Assembly (NCBI GenBank): GCA_022560555.1
Contig: JADFSZ010000100.1
Span: forward strand, 1 to 6,514
DNA length: 6,514 nt
Direction: 5' to 3'
Source: PVC group bacterium
GTDB lineage: Bacteria > GCA-001730085 > JADFSZ01
Shown here: positions 5,228 through 6,514 of the stretch, in pieces
How the letters are laid out: every line of letters begins with the position of its first letter
Numbering within the stretch: position 1 is the first letter of the stretch
The notes under the pieces: generated by a model
What the model saw: only the letters and a program-made list of their open reading frames with translations
The model's database searches: none
Told to the model about the DNA's origin: nothing
Translations under genes and position numbers: made by a program

Positions 5228-6346
5228 ATGAAAATTTATCGTACTATGATCGGTCTATTCCTATTGACATTTTTAACAGTTTCTCTGCCTAATTTTGCCG
5301 AAGCGGGGTTGAGGAACATGCGTAAACGAACGTATCGCCAATCCTCAAAAATCGATGCCAGGCGTTCGGATCATATGGACGCCGACGGTGTTGTTGACTA
5401 CAATGACAATAAGAAAAGACGCAAAAAAAGAAAATCAAAGAAGTCAGAAGAGATTGTTTTACCTCCTCCTCAAGGGCCTAAAAAAGTCATTATGGTTGGA
5501 AAGATTGAAAACAAAGCCGGAGGCGGGGCTCAAATCGCTATCGGAGATCCTTTAGAAGAAATGATGACTGAAGCTCTCATCAAAAGCAACCGTTTCATCA
5601 TTGCTGAGAGACCCGAAATGCTTGCAGGATTACAAGAGCAGGATTTTGCCCAAAGCGGTCGTACATCCGCCGTCGGGGGGGCTCAAATCGGAAAAATCAC
5701 CAACGCCCAAATCATGGTCACAGGTGCCATCACAGAATTTGACGCAAGTTCCGGAGGCGGACAACAGGCTTTTAGTTACGGTGGATTTGGCATTGGTTTT
5801 AATCAAGCGCAGGCGCATGTTGCCGTAACAATTCGGCTCGTGGATCTGACCACGATGCAGGTGATTGATTCTCAACGTGTCGAAGGAAAAGCTAAAGCCG
5901 GCGGCGCAACGTTTTCCTATCAAGACAGCGGCGGCTGGGGCGGATCACTCGGAGGCTTCCGTAAAACACCTATCGGAAAGGCCTCCCAAGATGCCATCAA
6001 CAAAGCTCTGGCTTATATCATTCAACGCATGGACAGCATTCCCTGGCAAGGCGCTATTGCCGTTATTGACCAATATGGAATCGTGATAAACAATGGAGGA
6101 GAAAACGGTATCAAAATCGGAGACCACTTTGTGGTATTCCAACCTGGGCCCGATATCATCGATCCCTCAACAGGTGTCTCTCTTGGCAGCCGAAAAAAAA
6201 GGGTTGGTCTGCTTGAAATTATTTCCGTGGATGCCAAATTCTCGACAGCCAAGGCTCTCGAAGGGAACGATTTCAATGTGGGCTATATTATAGAGTACAT
6301 GCCACCCCCACCACCACCTGTCCCTCAACCGCAACCTGTGAGCTGA
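5228..6346 (+). CDS. CsgG-family outer-membrane channel-like protein, paralogue 2, with an N-terminal charged extension, a C-terminal beta-domain and a polyproline tail (372 aa from the corrected start); no lipobox
   Basis: The ORF track starts at TTG 5225, but GGAGG (5218-5222) is 5 nt from ATG 5228 and only 2 nt from the TTG. Signal peptide MKIYRTMIGLFLLTFLTVSLPNFAEA|GL. From GPKK onward it is colinear with paralogue 1; 63 of the first 90 aligned residues are identical by manual count. Stop TGA at 6344-6346. Confidence 0.85.
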   Translation: MKIYRTMIGLFLLTFLTVSLPNFAEAGLRNMRKRTYRQSSKIDARRSDHMDADGVVDYNDNKKRRKKRKSKKSEEIVLPPPQGPKKVIMVGKIENKAGGGAQIAIGDPLEEMMTEALIKSNRFIIAERPEMLAGLQEQDFAQSGRTSAVGGAQIGKITNAQIMVTGAITEFDASSGGGQQAFSYGGFGIGFNQAQAHVAVTIRLVDLTTMQVIDSQRVEGKAKAGGATFSYQDSGGWGGSLGGFRKTPIGKASQDAINKALAYIIQRMDSIPWQGAIAVIDQYGIVINNGGENGIKIGDHFVVFQPGPDIIDPSTGVSLGSRKKRVGLLEIISVDAKFSTAKALEGNDFNVGYIIEYMPPPPPPVPQPQPVS

Positions 6347-6514
6347 TCTTTCCATAAGCGCTGAGAACGCTTTCAAGGGAACGAAGTCCTCTTTTATTGA
6401 CTGTAAGTCTTTATTTTACAGTATTGTATAACTTTCCCAAAACTCCTCTCAACCAAAAGCCTTTCCACCCATTTTTGGATTTGTTTGACAATCATATTTT
6501 AAATATGCTATGTA

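Noticed and set aside
2178-6200. A7-A8 runs as phase-variation tracts: 2178-2184, 3005-3011, 3561-3567, 4349-4355, 5423-5429, and A8 at 6193-6200.
   Set aside because: Most are explained by Lys (AAA/AAG) codons or by the spacer before an ATG in a moderately AT-rich sequence. Poly-A tracts this short are weak slippage substrates, and there are too many of them to be specific.
4271-6346. Interpreting the locus as a curli (type VIII secretion) operon because of the CsgG-family genes.
   Set aside because: There is no CsgA/CsgB-like Gln/Asn-rich repeat protein and no CsgE, CsgF or CsgD in the window. The CsgG-like proteins lack the lipobox, have a shortened constriction loop and carry an extra beta-domain. 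The neighbouring genes are of LPP20/FlgT type instead.
4325-6376. Numerous minus-strand and alternative-frame ORFs (60-97 aa) inside the two CsgG paralogues.
   Set aside because: They are shadow frames of genes with clear family-level similarity. The shadow ORFs recur at similar positions in both paralogues, as expected when the sense frames are homologous.
6356-6421. Possible terminators after the last gene: AAGCG-N7-CGCTT (6356-6372), a weak AGG/CCT stem before TCTTTTATT (6375-6397), and CTGTAA-N9-TTACAG (6401-6421).
   Set aside because: The stems are short (3-6 bp) and GC-poor, and the best stems lack a proper 3' U-tract. The operon probably ends here, but no single hairpin is convincing.
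6485-6514. TTGACA at 6485-6490 followed by TGCTATGTA at the window edge, as a promoter for a downstream gene.
   Set aside because: The -10 candidate TATGTA matches the consensus at only 3 of 6 positions and lacks the conserved final T. The window ends before any downstream gene can be seen.

Overview
The window holds one co-directional (+ strand) six-gene cluster at 268-6346. Gaps between genes are 24-77 nt, and non-coding sequence flanks both ends (1-267 and 6347-6514). All six products start with a Sec-type signal peptide ending in an AxA-like signal-peptidase-I site, and none has a lipobox cysteine. Gene order: (1) a small single-module LPP20/FlgP-like protein; (2) a 440-aa protein built from three tandem LPP20-like modules; (3) a three-domain FlgT-like protein; (4) a degenerate CsgG-fold protein that appears to have lost the membrane hairpins; (5, 6) two tandem CsgG-family paralogues. 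Genes 4-6 share one C-terminal beta-domain. Gene 6 also has an N-terminal extension (acidic DxDG motif plus a polybasic run) and a polyproline tail. The window contains no curli subunit or accessory genes (CsgA/B/E/F), and no flagellar, ATPase, inner-membrane, regulator or obvious cargo genes. I read this as a candidate self-contained periplasm/outer-membrane ring or channel system, built from ring-forming modules in a combination I do not recognise as a described system. Other features are four tandem ~16-17 bp direct repeats upstream of the first CsgG paralogue, a G7 tract in each CsgG paralogue, and three ORF-track starts that should move downstream. I saw no rRNA, tRNA, CRISPR array or mobile element. 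All family assignments come from motif recognition and manual alignment by eye; no searches were run, and the source taxon cannot be determined from this window beyond a likely diderm bacterium.
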